Shown piece after piece: positions 26,966 through 41,375 of a stretch of 64,000 nucleotides of DNA. Position 1 is the stretch's first letter; every line of letters starts with the position of its first letter. Location of the stretch: assembly GCA_013239625.1 (NCBI GenBank), contig MU053645.1, positions 1,232,274 to 1,296,273 on the forward strand, given 5' to 3'. The position numbers and the translations under genes were made by a program. Below the pieces are notes generated by a model. It ran no database searches, had not been told where the DNA came from, and worked only from the letters and a program-made list of their open reading frames with translations. The stretch is from Lama guanicoe. Taxonomy: Eukaryota.

Positions 26966-28947
26966 TGAAAGACAGTAATTCTACTTTTTAGGGATTTCAA
27001 CTAGATATTAAGGACAGGTCATGTTTTTGCCCACAGTACTAGAAGATCTTTTCTTCTAGCCAATGTGGTTCAGAGACCCCATGTGAAATGACTGTAATAA
27101 GTCTCTGGATCACTTTTAGGTATCATAGAGACATGAGATTTGCTTTATTGCTGCAGTATGTTTTAGTGGCCAAACGACATTAAAATATTCTTTTTCTCTC
27201 TACATAATCCTAGAAATGTTCATGAAAGATTAAATGCTATTCTTCCCCAGCAGTCCCACTAGTGAAATATGTAGTCACAATGCTTAAGAAGGACATTTCC
27301 AAAATTGGACCTCGCAATGTTTCTTACCTCTAGAAGCACATATAGCTTCATAAAGACATGGAAAAGAATTGGAGGGTTTGGGGAAATACCTATGGTTACA
27401 GTATAAGAATGGAATGGAACAAAAGCCTCTGGTTAAATTCTTGGAAGTGTTACAATTTCTATGACATCTTGGGCAACTTTTAAACTCTTTTTGTGCCTTA
27501 GAGTGCAGCCCAAATTAGTGGAATATCTTAAAATGTTGGATCAGAAAGGGTACTGGGGAATGTGAAAGTGTGTGGGTAGGTGTGGGCTGTGGGTAAGTGG
27601 GCGTGTATGCACGTGTGTGTTGAATTATCACTGTACATCACTAGCCTTACGCTGTGTTCCTAAAGGTGTTTAATTAGTAGTCTGTATTTGCATCTAACAG
27701 TCAATTCTCTATCATCTGGGAGTGGAGAGTCTCAAATTTCTCTTTGTAGATGCTTAATAAGACCTATTAAGAAGCTGGGGACATGAAGATGATGTGTGTG
27801 GGCAGCAGTCCAGGATGCGTGCTTGTGTGTATCTACTAAATTGGTGTCTTATACTCCAAAACCAGATAAAATAACATTTCTTATTATGAATACCTCTGTC
27901 CCACTGCGATAGTCCAAATAATTCTTTCTCTCCCTCTCTCTCACACACAGGGGCATTTTAAAAAAATCATATGACATCTTCTAAGGCACAAAAGATGTCA
28001 ATACTGCTTCAGTTTAGCAAACAAAACCCCAAAGACCTAAAATAATTGCCATGCCTCCTTTAAAAATAGCTTAATTTATACCCCACAATACAGTATCATC
28101 TGGTCTCATTCTTAGCCGATATCAGAACTTCAGGCCTTGAAGGGAAGAGAATTTCTTGAGTTTACCAGTAGCATAAATAAGACAAACTCCCAGATCCTAT
28201 TAAGTCATACATACAATCGTATTGCAGATAAGGGAAACATGCTTCATAATTTAAGTGCAGCAATGCCTCTATTTTGATATTATCATAAAGAAATTACTTT
28301 TGTTCACAGTGTTATCTGACCTTCATGCTGAAACTGATTAAAATGTTTTTCCCCCACAACGACGACAACTGTAAATGAAAGTTGAAATGAAATATATGGC
28401 CTAACATCACTGTATAGGAGCTTTCCTGTTTAAAAAACCACCATCATAGAAGAAAGAAACCTAGGAAAGCTCATTTCTTTTTCTACCATCAACACAATTG
28501 CCTTTTACACAAAGGATATTTCATCATTCATGACAGCAAGTTGTCACTTCCAGGGACAGCTTCCATGTAACTTGGTGAGTATTTTACACAGCTTATTCAC
28601 AAGTATTATTTGTATCGAAATGAACTGTGACTTACAGCTAGGACAAATACGGACAGAATCTGATAGGCTACGGTGTATTATGCATGCATGCTGGTGGGGG
28701 CACAGCAGTTTACTGTAGCATTGGTCTCTTTTGTGTTTTTCTAGTTTTTTGTTGGTGATGGGGATTGAGGGGGGATGGAAAGATGTAGATGTTCAAGCCT
28801 CTCCTTTGCGATTTAATGCTAGCCCAAAATTAATATTATTTCTGTTTTCTGAAAAATTGCAAAGTCAAAGGAGTGGAAGCAGATCAAAGACTGTCCCAAT
28901 TTACAAAGCAAAGAAGAAAGAAGGCAAGATGGTTTCTAGGTAGGGCA

Positions 28948-29254
28948 AGACACTAATGAACTTATCTACAAAACAGAAACAGACTCACAGACATAGTAAA
29001 CAAATATGGTTACGAGGGTAGGGTAGGGGGTGGGACGGGATAAACTGGAAGTTCGAGAATTGCAAATACTAAGTACTATATATAAAATAGGTAAACAAGT
29101 TTATATAGTATAGCACAAGGAACTATATTCAGTATCTTGTAGTAACCTGTAATGGAAAAGTATGAAAACAAATGTGTATATGTACATGTAGGACTGAAAC
29201 ATTATGCTGTACACCAGAAATTGACATGTTATAACTGACTATACTTCGATAAAA
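28948..29254 (+). mobile_element. Short 5'-truncated L1 (3' UTR only) with 22-bp TSD
   Basis: L1 3' UTR ending ctgactatacttcgataaaaaa; exact direct repeat aagatggtttctaggtagggca at 28926-28947 and 29255-29276. Confidence 0.95.
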
Positions 29255-29529
29255 AAGATGGTTTCTAGGTAGGGCAGAAAATTTCCGGTAGTCTGTAGAA
29301 TACAGTTATTTTCACTTTGTGTATGTGTGTTTCCTGGTAATAGGGTGCAGAAGAGTCCTATATCATTAGCATTACAAAAAATGTCCTGGTGTGGGACTAT
29401 TTTCCAGAATAAAGGTAAGTGTGTTCCAACACCTGTATGTTAAGGCCACTCAGTGAGACTAGAGGAAGGGGCATGAACAAAGTGAGGGAACAAAATCATC
29501 TCATATGCAGCAATTTAAAGCACAAGATC

Positions 29530-29710
29530 ATGGGCTTTTAGAACTGTGAGGGAACTAAGCAGTCATCTAAATCAACCCATGTCTTTGAAAACAAGTCAGA
29601 AAACTGAGGCCAAAAAGGATCAGTGTGAGATCACACAGGTAGTCAGTGGCAGAGCCCAGCCTAGAACTCAAGTCTCCTGACCCACAGTCCAGCACTCTGG
29701 GCATCCCTTG
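29530..29710 (-). repeat. MIR SINE
   Basis: gaaaactgaggccaaaaagg...gatcacacaggtagtcagtggcagagcccagcctagaactcaagtctcctgac. Confidence 0.75.
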
Positions 29711-31276
29711 ATCATGCTAGTAAGATTCAGGTTATAGTTTGTCTCTCCTGATACATGTTGTATTTTTTTTAAAGCAAAAACGTCATATACTGGTTTCCCT
29801 TTCCTGATCATTGCTGGTACAACATTTGATCCTATTTAGATGAGCAAAGAGGGAACATGATTTAGAGCTCCCATCATCCTTTTAAGAATATTCCATCTAG
29901 ATAAGAACAATGGGTTCATTCATTCAAGAAGTGATGATTTTCAAACAAATATTATCAAAATCGTTGCGGTAAAATATTCAAAACTAGTCTGATAAGTGTG
30001 TCAAGGATAAAGACCCAACTCAAGCTAATATGGGTGGTAGAAAGAGTGACTAGTATACTAATTAGACTTTACTTTTCTTTCTATTGTCAATGCTGATAAT
30101 TTGTGTGAGATAAAGCCTCCTGCCTTCATTATTGTCAGTAAGCAAATGATAACTTTTTAAAATATCTGTGAGTCTTTTATTTCACTCTGGGAATAAAGGC
30201 TGAATCTCATAACTGGTCTCAAAGTAGAGGGTCTTACTAAGGCAAACAGGTGGTTCACTTTCACAGCACAAAGTGCGTCAGGTTCTTTTTCTTTTTTTTT
30301 TTTTTTATTTAATTTTTTAAATCTTTTAAGCTATAGGCTAGATCTTGGTTCATACAACTGCTAACAGTTGGTCTTTGCCAAAGATATTAGCCCTCTTTGA
30401 GTCTACACACATAACAAACATTATCTACTAATAATTGCACAAAAAACTCCATGTCGCAAAGTAGAAAACTACTCCCTATAATCACCTGTTACTAAGAAAT
30501 GTCATTATGTCTATAATTAAAAATATAAAACTAACCTTGGAGTGTTTTCTAAATACCTCCAAAAGGCAGACTGTAAACAGCTGTATTTCAAGCCACTACA
30601 AAAATGAGAAGAAAAAAAAAACAGTATTTTCTCTGTAGAAATCATGTCTTAAAAGGGGGAAAAGATTTCTAAGACTCAAATTGCATGCATAGCTCAAGAA
30701 ATACGGTTACCCCAAAGCAATCATGCAGGCATTGAGACAGCAAGGTTCTCTGCTCTCTAAAGCCACAAGCGAAGACTATTTAGAAGACTCCACAGACTTA
30801 AAAAATGTAGGGACCTGTAAAGACAAGTAAGTTATTTGCTTATCTTCATGAAGCTGCCCATCATTAATCTAATTTAGTTTCATGAACTTTGCTTAGTATA
30901 CTATTCCAATAGATCATGTTTTAGAAGCAAGAGCTAACTCTCCAAACCTCTACCAATTTTTCTGTAACATTTGAAAAACCTGAGAGCAGGCAAAAGTTAT
31001 CTGGTGTAAGATAATTTAGGTTTCTAGGTTCCAGAAGGAAGTTTAAGACTGGAGATTTCTGTTGCATTTCAAAAACAGGGACTTTTAAAAATGCTCTTCC
31101 CTTATTTCCAATTCCAAGCACCAACACAAGGGCTGATCCTTTATATGGCCTGGACCACGACTACATGGAGGATAAATAACTCCAGGAACTGCTGCCTTTT
31201 ACACATCAAAAAGCTCAAGGGCGGTACTATTGAACTGAAAAATGGTAGGGCTCAGAAATGGAGACAGGAAGCCTGG

Positions 31277-31352
31277 GTGAGTGAGTGTGAGTGAGAGAGA
31301 GTGTGTGTGTGTGTGTGTGTGTGTGCGTGCGCGTGAGAGAGTATGTGTGTGT
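31277..31352. repeat. Compound (GA/GT)n microsatellite
   Basis: gtgagtgagtgtgagtgagagaga(gt)n gcgtgcgcgtgagagagtatgtgtgtgt. Confidence 0.9.
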
Positions 31353-32046
31353 AGGATCCAGGCATTAAGTAATTTAGAACTTAGTGGTTAGCGGGATTCA
31401 AAATGCTGTAGAGACCTAGAAAATCACGCTGAATGGAAAGTTCTATTTCTACAATGAATGGAGAGCCAGGTGTTGTTCAGCATGAGCTGAGGACAAATGA
31501 GGATTCAAAATTCCTCAAAGCCGTCATTTTTCTCTTTTCAGGTATGACAGAATGGAAATATATTTCAAAGCAATCAAATAAAACACTCACTGAAAACAAA
31601 ACAAAAAATCACCAGGCTCATTAAGCACCAGTCACATAATGAATGCCTAGTACAAACTCAAAGCAATCCTGCTTCCTCCTTCCTACAGTTTTCTCGTGGC
31701 CAGTGGCTAGTAAACTTAGTTGATTAGGGCACAGTGCTAATGACCCAAAGGTCGGAAGTATGATTTTTATTGTCAAAAGTTCTCTTCTCTCACGTTTAAC
31801 TGACTCTTCTTTGTCCTATAGCTATAGACTACACCCCCTGCAGCCACCTTACGATTACATGCTCTTGGTCAGGATGCATATTTTTGCTAATTCCTTAACA
31901 TGACTGAAAACATACTTTGTAATTTGTTTCTTTTGATCTACTGAAAGTGAGTCAGCAGCATTAACTTTGTGGTGTGGGCCGTTCCAATAACACCGGGGCA
32001 ATCTTGAAAGATCACTGCTGCAGACAAACACAGAGAAGGAGACGTG

Positions 32047-32429
32047 TGTCTTAGTTGGCGTGGGCTGCTGTAACAAAATACCATAGACTGGTGGGCTTAA
32101 AAATAGGAATTTATTTCTCGCAGAACTGGAGGCTGTGATGTCCAAGATCAAGGTACCAGCAGATTTGATTTCTGGTGAGAGCCCTTTTCCTGGCTTGCAG
32201 ATAAACAATGGCCTTCACCCAGTGTCCTCACGGGATGGGGATAGAGAGAGAGCTCTGGTCTCTCTTTCTCTTCTCATAAAGGCACTAATTCCACTGTGGG
32301 AGCCCTCCCATCACACCTCATCTAAACCTCATTACCTCCCAAAGGCCCTGCCTCCAAATACCATCACATTTAAGGGTTAGCGTTTCAACATATGAATGGG
32401 AGAGGGGAACAAACCTACAGTCCACAACA
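32047..32429 (-). mobile_element. MLT1A-type MaLR solo LTR
   Basis: TG...CA termini; exact 5-bp TSD ACGTG (32042-32046 / 32430-32434); gctgctgtaacaaaataccatagactgg, ctaaacctcattacctcccaaaggcc. Confidence 0.92.
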
Positions 32430-32454
32430 ACGTGCTAATGTGATTTCTCTGGAG

Positions 32455-32780
32455 CTGTGTTTCCCAAAGGGTGATCTGCAGATTGCCTGCATCAAAATCA
32501 CCTGGCCTTCTAGTTAAACTGCACATTCTTGGGCCCTCATCACCAGATCAAGAGTAGTACCACAATTTCTAGGGATGAGGCTTCAAGTTTCATTTTTAAT
32601 ACGTCCCCTTCTCCCAGGTGACTCTGATCTATGTTAAAGTTTGAGAATCACTGGCTAGAGCAATAGTTCTCAGCTAAGAGGTGGCCATCAGAATCCCCAA
32701 AGGGTTTTGTTAGAATGCATGTGCCTGTCCCACAGCCTAACGAGTCAAAAATCCCTTCTGAGGGCAGACCTGAGCGTCAA
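32455..32780. mobile_element. MER5-type hAT MITE cluster
   Basis: ctgcatcaaaatcacctgg...ctcccaggtgactctgat...aagtttgagaatcactg, followed by a second partial copy. Confidence 0.7.
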
Positions 32781-35700
32781 TGGTGGAGACACATAAGGTG
32801 ATGCCAACAAACCAGGAACTGCCCTAAACCCTTTAAATGTATTACTTCATTTAATCCCCACAATAACCCTTTGAGATAGGTACCATTATTCCTCATTGTG
32901 CATGGATAGTAATTGGAACAGGATCACAGAGGTTGTAACTTATCCAGAATCACAGAGCTAGTAAGTGATGATTCTGTGATGGTGTGTTCCCAGTGCAGCA
33001 CTATAGCTTAGACATTTATTTCCGGTCCTTTCAGGGCCACCACATTTAAAAAGTGCTCTGATCCTCTCACATGGCAAGGCTTAAAGAGCTGGAAGGATGC
33101 TATCCTTCCCTTCACTGTGCTCAGAATTGAAGAGCTGTTTTTCAACAACCTAAGAAAGATTAACCCATAAATGAAAAGAGAAGCCACTAAAAAAAGAAGA
33201 GGTGCACAAGGTTCTTAGTCAAATACTTTCAGTCCTACTTGAGAGAAAAAAATAACAGCGAGAAAATGGCTTTTAGAATTAAAGGAAAAAACCTGGACTC
33301 AGACTCAAGTTTTTCCCAAGAAAAAGAAATGGGAGGCCCATCACAAACAACAAAACGCTTTGGGTCAAATTAAAGCATTCAAAATGAATGCTTGCATGAT
33401 AACCAAGATGCTTGACTTTACAGCCCAAAGAAAATTCCTGTGGGTGTTCAAATAAGTTGCTTGTGACCTGACAGCTGGCTACCACGGGAGATGAAATTTC
33501 ACAGCCCTAACAGCAGTTTAGTTTAGAAACAATAATTTAAGAACTGGGAGGAGCCACATGCATGGCAAATTGAAATGAGTTTAAGCAACAACTCTCGAAA
33601 CAGTGACCTGAGAAACTTGTTTATTGAAACTTAGGGTTGGGGGTGGAAGAGGAGGATTTTAAAGGCAGAACAATCTACTGGGGAGATTTGGAGGGAGGTG
33701 TCAAAAGAGCAAGAGGGAAAAAGTGTGTACCAATATCTCCGTTAGCCACTTTTCTCAAATTAGGGCTTACTCCGTGCTGCTTTCGGCACCATTTACATCA
33801 GAATCTTTTTCCATCGCCCCACTTCCAAACACTGCCTAATGTGCGGCACTTCTAATTAATCTCCCAAATGACTTGGTTCTACTGTTCTGCCACCGTTTCA
33901 GGTAGACCCTATGACACAGAGAGCCACAAAACGCCACTAGAAAGACAAAGCCAAACACATTTATATCACCTCTAATCACATTCAGGATTGATGTATGGAC
34001 TGAACCTCACCGTGACCTCCACAGTGGAAGGCTGTCCTGCCACTGGTCCATTTTATTATTTTCTTCGCCCAGCCCTCCTCGGCCTCTCACCTTACATGTC
34101 CTCACTTGTAATCCTGCTTCCACTGTGTCACTTCCTACACCAACATCTGCGTTTTGTCACAGCGTCTACATGTGAACAACCATTTCTTTTACAGACATTA
34201 CAAGTCAAATACATGGTCCTGCAAGGAGTATTAGTTGTACTTCAGGCCTGCATGCTTTACGATGTCAACAAGAGAGATCCATTAATTTACAGTTTTGTGT
34301 TTGGTAGGGGAGCCATATAATATTCTACGTATATTTAGTTCTCCTGAATGTAGCTTAATCAATATGGCACCTCAGGCAACCTGAAATACTGAAGGCAACA
34401 TAAAAGTATGATTGTCAGACCAAGAAATTTTATGTCCACTGATGGGAGTTTAACTGCTTTGGAGGCTGCAGAAGGTACATATATTTAGCAGATTATAGTA
34501 AAGTCAATGATAGGAAAGCATCAAAGTGATGTGTATAAAAGATACTGAGGGAGAGAAAAGTCTGCGCCTTGGACCCCAAGGCAGGGACTTCCAGGTTCAA
34601 AGCCTTGCCTGGCAGCCTTGAGCACTATAGTGGTGTCAATGATATTTTCTAACTCTGAGTGTCATAGACATTTGTAAAGCGAATGCCTCACATAGGATTT
34701 TCTGCAGTGACCTTCTCTGTGTCTCAGTTTTGACACCTGCTAAGTGGGGGGGAACCTAAACTACTTGCCTTTTTAGTATCTTAGTACCATGCTCTGGTTT
34801 ATCTCAAAGGGCTGTTCTGAGGCTCAAATGAAATGTTTGACATGTAAAGGCTGGAACAGTTTTAAAGCGCTAAACAAATGTAAAAGTGTTTTAAATTATG
34901 CATCTCCAGATATAACCAACAACTTGCATATGCTTTCCAAAACAAAGCAAATGGGCTTCTGGGCTTCGATTTTCAATTAGTCCCAAGACATACGATTTTA
35001 TTTTGTTCTAATTTTCAGAAGTAAAAACAGCAAAAGTTTCAAATTATGATCTTTATTAAGAAGGTTCTAAGCCATTTAGAAATGCTGGGCACACATATGA
35101 CTAGGCCAATTTTTTTCACTTATATGTAGGCCCCTTGAATGGCTTTTCCTTTGAAGACTAATAAAAATAAGAGGAGAGTTGAAACTGAACAGAATTGGAT
35201 TAAATTTCAATCTATATTCTGCGATTTTTTTTTCTGAGGGGGCAGGAATACTTTCCTTTAGGTTTGTAATCTCTTCACATGGTTTATAGACCAGCTATTA
35301 GTGAATAGGTTTTGTCATGTGATGAAGAGCTAGGTATTCATACCTTCGTGTGGCGCACGCTCACGCGTCCACAGCAAGGGGCTGAATCAGCAGATTCGCC
35401 TCAGGAACACTAGGATCAAAAGGCAAGCCCAGAATCCTATTTGCATGAAGGATACTAGCTAGAGCCTCTCTAGATCCCTAAGAGAAACACTGCAAAAGAC
35501 ATTATTTCATTAAACAAACATCCATTAACAACTCAATAGGTGCCACCCTGCACTGAATTGCTGGGAACACAGAGATGAAAAAGAGATGCCCTTAAGAGTT
35601 CATGCATTCTAAAATACAGAAACAAGTCAACTTCCAGGACACTAAAACTTATATCCCAGAATGAAGAATGGAAGGTAAAAACACTCCAATTCTTCCTGGG

Positions 35701-36199
35701 GCGGTGATGGGGGACTGGGACCCAGGGAAAGGAATTTAAAGGATAAACTTGTCATTTTTTATTCAATCTAAAGTATACCAATTTCTGCCTAAATACTACT
35801 ACACTGGACACCTTGTTTATTTAAAAATCTCTTTTCAAGGCATGAACACTCTGCCACTATTTACACAACTACAAAAGCGGGCAAGGCCGAGAGCAACCAC
35901 ACCTGCTGCTACGGTTTGTTAATGAACAAAAACACTTGAATTTAATTAAAGCGAACGCACAGGCTCACATACTATTGACTGACAAATTGCTTTAGAGTAT
36001 CCAAGTAACCCACAGGATGGACCCCTACAACCAATCTGAAGTGGGAAGCAAACAGGGATTTAAAAATGTGTCTGCCTAAAAAGGAGACCGATAAGACCAG
36101 CATGACTCTCCATTTATATTGAGAGTTGGTGTATTTTCTTCCAACTTGGTGAACAGGCAACAAGTAATTTTGTGACTTCTTCAAAAACATATCCACAGA

Positions 36200-36612
36200 T
36201 ACATATGTGAATGTATAGTACATCCAGATTTCTGCAATCATCACTACAATCAATTTCAGACATTTTTATCACTCCCCAAAGAACCCCCATACCAATTAAC
36301 AGTTACATGACCCAACTCCCTGCCCCAAGCCCAGTCCTAGGCAAGCACTCATCTACGTACTGCTACTCATTTTTCTATTCCAAGCACTTCATATAAATGA
36401 AATCATATAATACGTGGCATTCTGTGTATAGTTCCCTTCACCTAACATAATGTTTTCCAAAGTTACCCATTTTGTAGCAGGTATCAGTATTTTATGCCTT
36501 TTTATTGATAAATAATATTCAATTATAAATATATGCCAACATTTGTTTAGCCATTCATCAGGTGATAGACATTGGGTTGTTTCCACTTTTTAGCTATTGT
36601 GAGTAATCTTGC
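36200..36612 (-). mobile_element. Old L1 (L1MB-like) 3' fragment
   Basis: tgcaatcatcactacaatcaatttcagacatttttatcactcccc...ccattcatcaggtgatagacattgggttgtttccac. Confidence 0.85.
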
Positions 36613-36894
36613 AGCTTCTTACATTAGTTTCTAATTTAATGGGCAAATTCACAAATCACTGGTCCAGATATTAAAATATACTATTCTTTTAAGCTGACCA
36701 TTCCCCAATTCCTTCCCATGTCACCAAAAATCAATAAAATGTAAATGGAAAAACAACAGGTCTTCAATAGGCACATTACAGACACTTAAGAAATATTTGC
36801 TGACTCAGTGAATTAATGAATGAGAGAAGCCTTTCCCTCAATCGCTGCTTCTCCTTTCAGTTAAATCCCTACCAGTGCCATGGTACTGTGTCAC

Positions 36895-37310
36895 GCACGG
36901 GATGTTAGAGCCGGAAGAGACCATGGAGTCCAGGATTCATCCAACTGTGGTTCAAGAACCACATGCATCAGAACCACCAAAGGACCTTGTTAAAATATCT
37001 ATTTCTGCCCAGCCTCCCCCACGCCCCCCCAACAGGGAATCTAATTTACAAACAGTATAATTCACAGGGAATCTAATTCAGTAAATCCTGGGAGTGAGGC
37101 CACAGGAAGCTGCCTTTGTAACGAGCACCACAGGTAATTCCAAGGCACACTAAAGTTTGAGAATTATTGATCTAACTGAACCTTCCCATTCTATAGCAGT
37201 AGGAACGAAGGACTAGTGCCGGGAAGAGGCATGCTCAAGGTCACGGGATGGTAGAGTAGAGTCACAGGGATCCGAGGTTATGAATACCAAGATAGCACTT
37301 TCCATTACCT
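36895..37310. repeat. MIR with nested MER5A-like MITE (~36945-37170)
   Basis: catgcatcagaaccacc...acaggtaattccaaggcacactaaagtttgaga within MIR-like flanks. Confidence 0.6.
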
Positions 37311-39298
37311 CGGGTACCTACCTTTATCACATCTCCATCTGTTCCCTGTGAACATACACCTCCCTCACAGACTTGTTCGATAATCATCACTGTCTGACAC
37401 ACCTTAAGTGCTCAATAAATAGTAGCTATCATTTTTTCTTAAGTTTGGTCCTACGTGAACTAGATAACAAAAAGGTCTCCTATTTTGGCAGTGTTTTCTA
37501 AAAGTATAAAGTAAAAAATACAAGGTCCAAGAAGAGAATAACAGACCCAGGAGGAAGGTCTCTGTGGTTCCTGACCCAAATGCTGAAAAAGAGCCTAACT
37601 GGAGAACTGTGTTCAACCATGATCTTTTGGTGGCCAAATAAGATCTGTAGTGACATTTCCTATCCACAGTTCTGAAACTTCTGTACACCCACTGTGATCT
37701 ATTTAAAGGAGCCAGGTCTTTTTAGAAAACAGCTTCTGCCAAGTTTTCTATCAGAAGGAAATCATAAAGTAGGATACCTTCAGCCATGACTAAAAGGTAG
37801 TGGAAATTTTTCTAAATGAAACTTTATATGCCTATCAAAAAGATAGACTCAGTGCAAAACCACTGCCATGACAAAGAGGAAAAAAAAACCATAAGGGCAT
37901 TTAAAATGTTTTTTGAGTTCTTAAGTCACAGAAGTAGTGACTTGTTATAATTTAACAAAACAGAAGTGAATAAAGAAAAATTTCATCATCTCTCCTTCCC
38001 TTTTCCAATCTGCCCCACCCCCCTGACAAAAATGTATGAATTTACAATCAATCCTTCCCCATGTTTTTCTATCCTTGTATAAAACATACATTGTAGAGCA
38101 AACACACACACAATATACTTTAATGGAATCATGCCCTACTCATTGCTCTGTATCTTAACTTTCTGAAAATTTTTTTTCAGATTTATACAGTACCATAAGA
38201 CATTAACATAAAACAGCAGTCCTCTGCTCCTCCCACTCCTGAGTCCTTCCTAAATTTAGATAACTTTCAACTTTTCAAGCTGTTTCTTGTTATTAATCTC
38301 CATGTTTACAAATATGCTCATATTTCTATTTAGTAGCTAATTTTATATATTATCTATTAAGTTCTTAATATGGAAAATAATAACCAGCTACCCTGTCAGT
38401 CCTTCAAATAGATTTGCCACAATTTTACACTATTATGTATATTCACTTCTGAGCTTAATGGTATATTATGATATTATAATTTCATTTCCTTTCTTGTACA
38501 ACCTTTTGTTTTCCTTTAACTTAATAATTATCTCATTTTTACTTGAGAGAGCTTTCATTTGACTTCTATTTTCCAGTGTAAAGTAACAGTGTCATCTGTT
38601 GAGAGTGAGTGGGAAGGTAGTTGAAGAAGTGTGAAATAGCCAACTTGGAGTTCAAGGAAAGGGGTCATTAGTAAACACAGAAGAATATCTAGGTAATATT
38701 GAGGGTTCAAATGAGGTTGGAGATCATGAATTTACAAATGATATCAGTCTACATAGCTGTATGATTTCTCCAACTGTGCTCAGTTGTAAGAATGGAGGCA
38801 ATGGACAGTTGAGTTGATCCAGAGCTGAATTTCAAACCAGAAGGATTCAACAGAACAGAAGGAAGGACAATGGAATAAGAAGTTGAAGATATTAAAAAAC
38901 AGAAGTCAGAAGAGAGCTCAGCTTCCTTTCACCCATATGTATCCATACTCATCTTTCTCCTTTGTTAGGGAGGAAATTCTTATTGTCTAATGTCAATCTT
39001 TCCACCTATGAGGATAAAGGAGGACATGAAATTCCTAAACATGGGATCCAGTAGAATTATTCACTTTGAACAAAACATTAGGAAATTAAATGACTATGAG
39101 AAGGAAAAAAGGGAGAGTGAGACACACTCACATGCAAGGACAGAGCCAGAAAGTCGTCTGACAGTGAGGTAAAAGACAAGAAAATCTGCCGGAATGGGGG
39201 AATGCAGCCTGAGATGAGTGGTGAATATCTGGAATAGCTACTATGGGAAACATTTGTGAGACAAAGCTGAATAGATATATGCAAAAAGATTTCCTACT

Positions 39299-41375
39299 GG
39301 GGGCATTAAGATGACTGAGTAGGTGGACGCTGAGCTCACCTTCCCTCATGAACACATCAAAAGTACAACTACATACAGAACAACTCTCACTGAAATCGAC
39401 CTGAAGAGTAGCAGAATCGCTCTTCTACAACCAAGGCTATAAAAAAAGAAACACATGGCATCTGGTAGGAAGAGAGAAGTGATTAAGTCAAGCCTAGCAC
39501 TCCTTGCAGGGGGCCCAGAGAAGAGGGGGACATCACTGGCTCAAGGATCCTCCTTGCGGAGCAAGGGGCTTGAGCCACATATTAGGCACCCCAGACCTGG
39601 GGTCTAATACCAAGAAGATGAAAAATGTCATGGGTATTTTGATGTGGATTGCATTAAATCTGTAGATTGCTTTGGGAAGTATGGACTTTATAACAATATC
39701 AATTCTTCCAATCCATGAATGTGGGATATCTTTCCATTTATTTGTATTGCCTTCAATTTCCTTTATCAATGCCTTATAGTTTAAGAATATAGATCTTTCA
39801 CCTTCTTGGTTAAGTTTATTCCTAGATATTTTATTCTTTTTGTTATGATTGTAAATGGAATTGTTTTGTTGCTTTCTCTGATAGTTCATTAGCGTATAGA
39901 AATAATAATATACTGTTTCTTCAGTAAGTGGTGCTAGGCAAACTGGTTAGCTACATGTAAAACAAACGAAATTAGAACATTTTCTTACACCATATACAAA
40001 AATGAACCCAAATGGATTAAAGACCTATATATAAGAATGGAAACCATAAAATTCCTAGAAGAAAATAAAGGCAGTATACTCTGCGACATAAGTCTTAGCA
40101 ATATTTTTTTGGATCTGTCCCCCCAGGTAAGGGAAACAAAAGCAAAAATAAACAAGTGGGACCTAATTAAAATAAAAAGCTTTCGCATAGCAAAGGTAAC
40201 TGTCAACAAAATGAAAAGACAACCCATTGAATAGGGGAAGGTATCTGTAAATGATATGTCTGATAAGAGGTTAATATCCAAAATATATAGAGCATATACA
40301 ACTCAATATCAGAAAAACAACTCGAATAAAAAATGGATGTTCATGTATGACTGAAGCATTATGCCGTACACCAGAAACTGACACAGCATTGTAAATGGAC
40401 TATACTTCAATAAAAAATATAGAGAGAGAAACTAAAAATAAACAAATAAATAAATAAAAAGAAATGGACAAAAAAACCTAAATAGGCATTTTTCCAAAGA
40501 TGACATACAGATATCCAACAGGCACATGAACAGATACTCAACATCACTAATTATCAAGGAACTACAAGTCAAAACCACAAAGAGAAATCTCACACCTGTC
40601 AGAATGGCTGTCATTTAAAAAGACAACAAATAATAAACGTTGGTGAGGTTGTGGAGAAAAGGGAATTCTAGTACATCATTGGTAGGAAAGTAAATTGCTA
40701 CAGCCACTATGGAAAACAATACAATGGTTCCTCAAAAAATTAAAAATAGAACTGCCATATGATCCAACAATTCCACTCTTGGGTACATGTCTGAAGAAAA
40801 CAAAACCACTAATTTTAAAAGATATATGCACCCCAATGTTCATAACAGCATTATGCACAATAGCCAAGATATGGAAGCAACAAAGTGTCCATCAAGAAAA
40901 TCAATGGATAAAGAAATGTGGTATATATATAGACAGTGGAATATTACTCAGCCATAAAATAGAATAAAATTTTGCGATCTATGACAACATGGATGGACCT
41001 GGAAGGTATTATACTTACTGAAATAACACAGAGAAAAACAAATAATGTATGATATCACTTATATGTAGAACCTAAAAAATAAAAGAAGTGAATATAACAA
41101 AACAGAAACAGACTCACAGATACAGAGAACAAACTATTGGTTACCAGTAGGGAGAACGGTGGTGGGAAGGGAAAGGTAGGAGAAGAAGATTAAGAGATTA
41201 AAAACTGTTAGGTATTAAAAAAAAAAAGTACAAGGAGTAATAGAGAGTACAGGGGATATAGTCAATATTTTATAATGACTTTGAATGGAGTATAATGTAT
41301 AAAAATATCAAATTACTATGTTGTACACCTGAAAGTAATGTAGTATTGTATACCAGCTATACTTCAACAAAAAAT
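39299..41375 (+). mobile_element. Rearranged L1: 5' UTR start, inverted ORF2 piece (39621-39904), then ORF2 end/3' UTR, with a nested short L1 tail (~40338-40460)
   Basis: 5' UTR-like aagatgactgagtaggtggacgctgagctcaccttccctcatgaacacatcaaaagtacaactac; minus-strand [14 protein letters not shown]...KIPMTFF; plus-strand ETIKFLEENKG and LPYDPTIPLLG; 3' end cagctatacttcaacaaaaaa. Confidence 0.85.

Noticed and set aside
31855..32208. 117-aa minus-strand ORF with an exon-like segment at ~31916-32012
   Set aside because: Half of it lies in an MLT1A LTR; the remaining peptide matches nothing I recognise and the donor site is mediocre.
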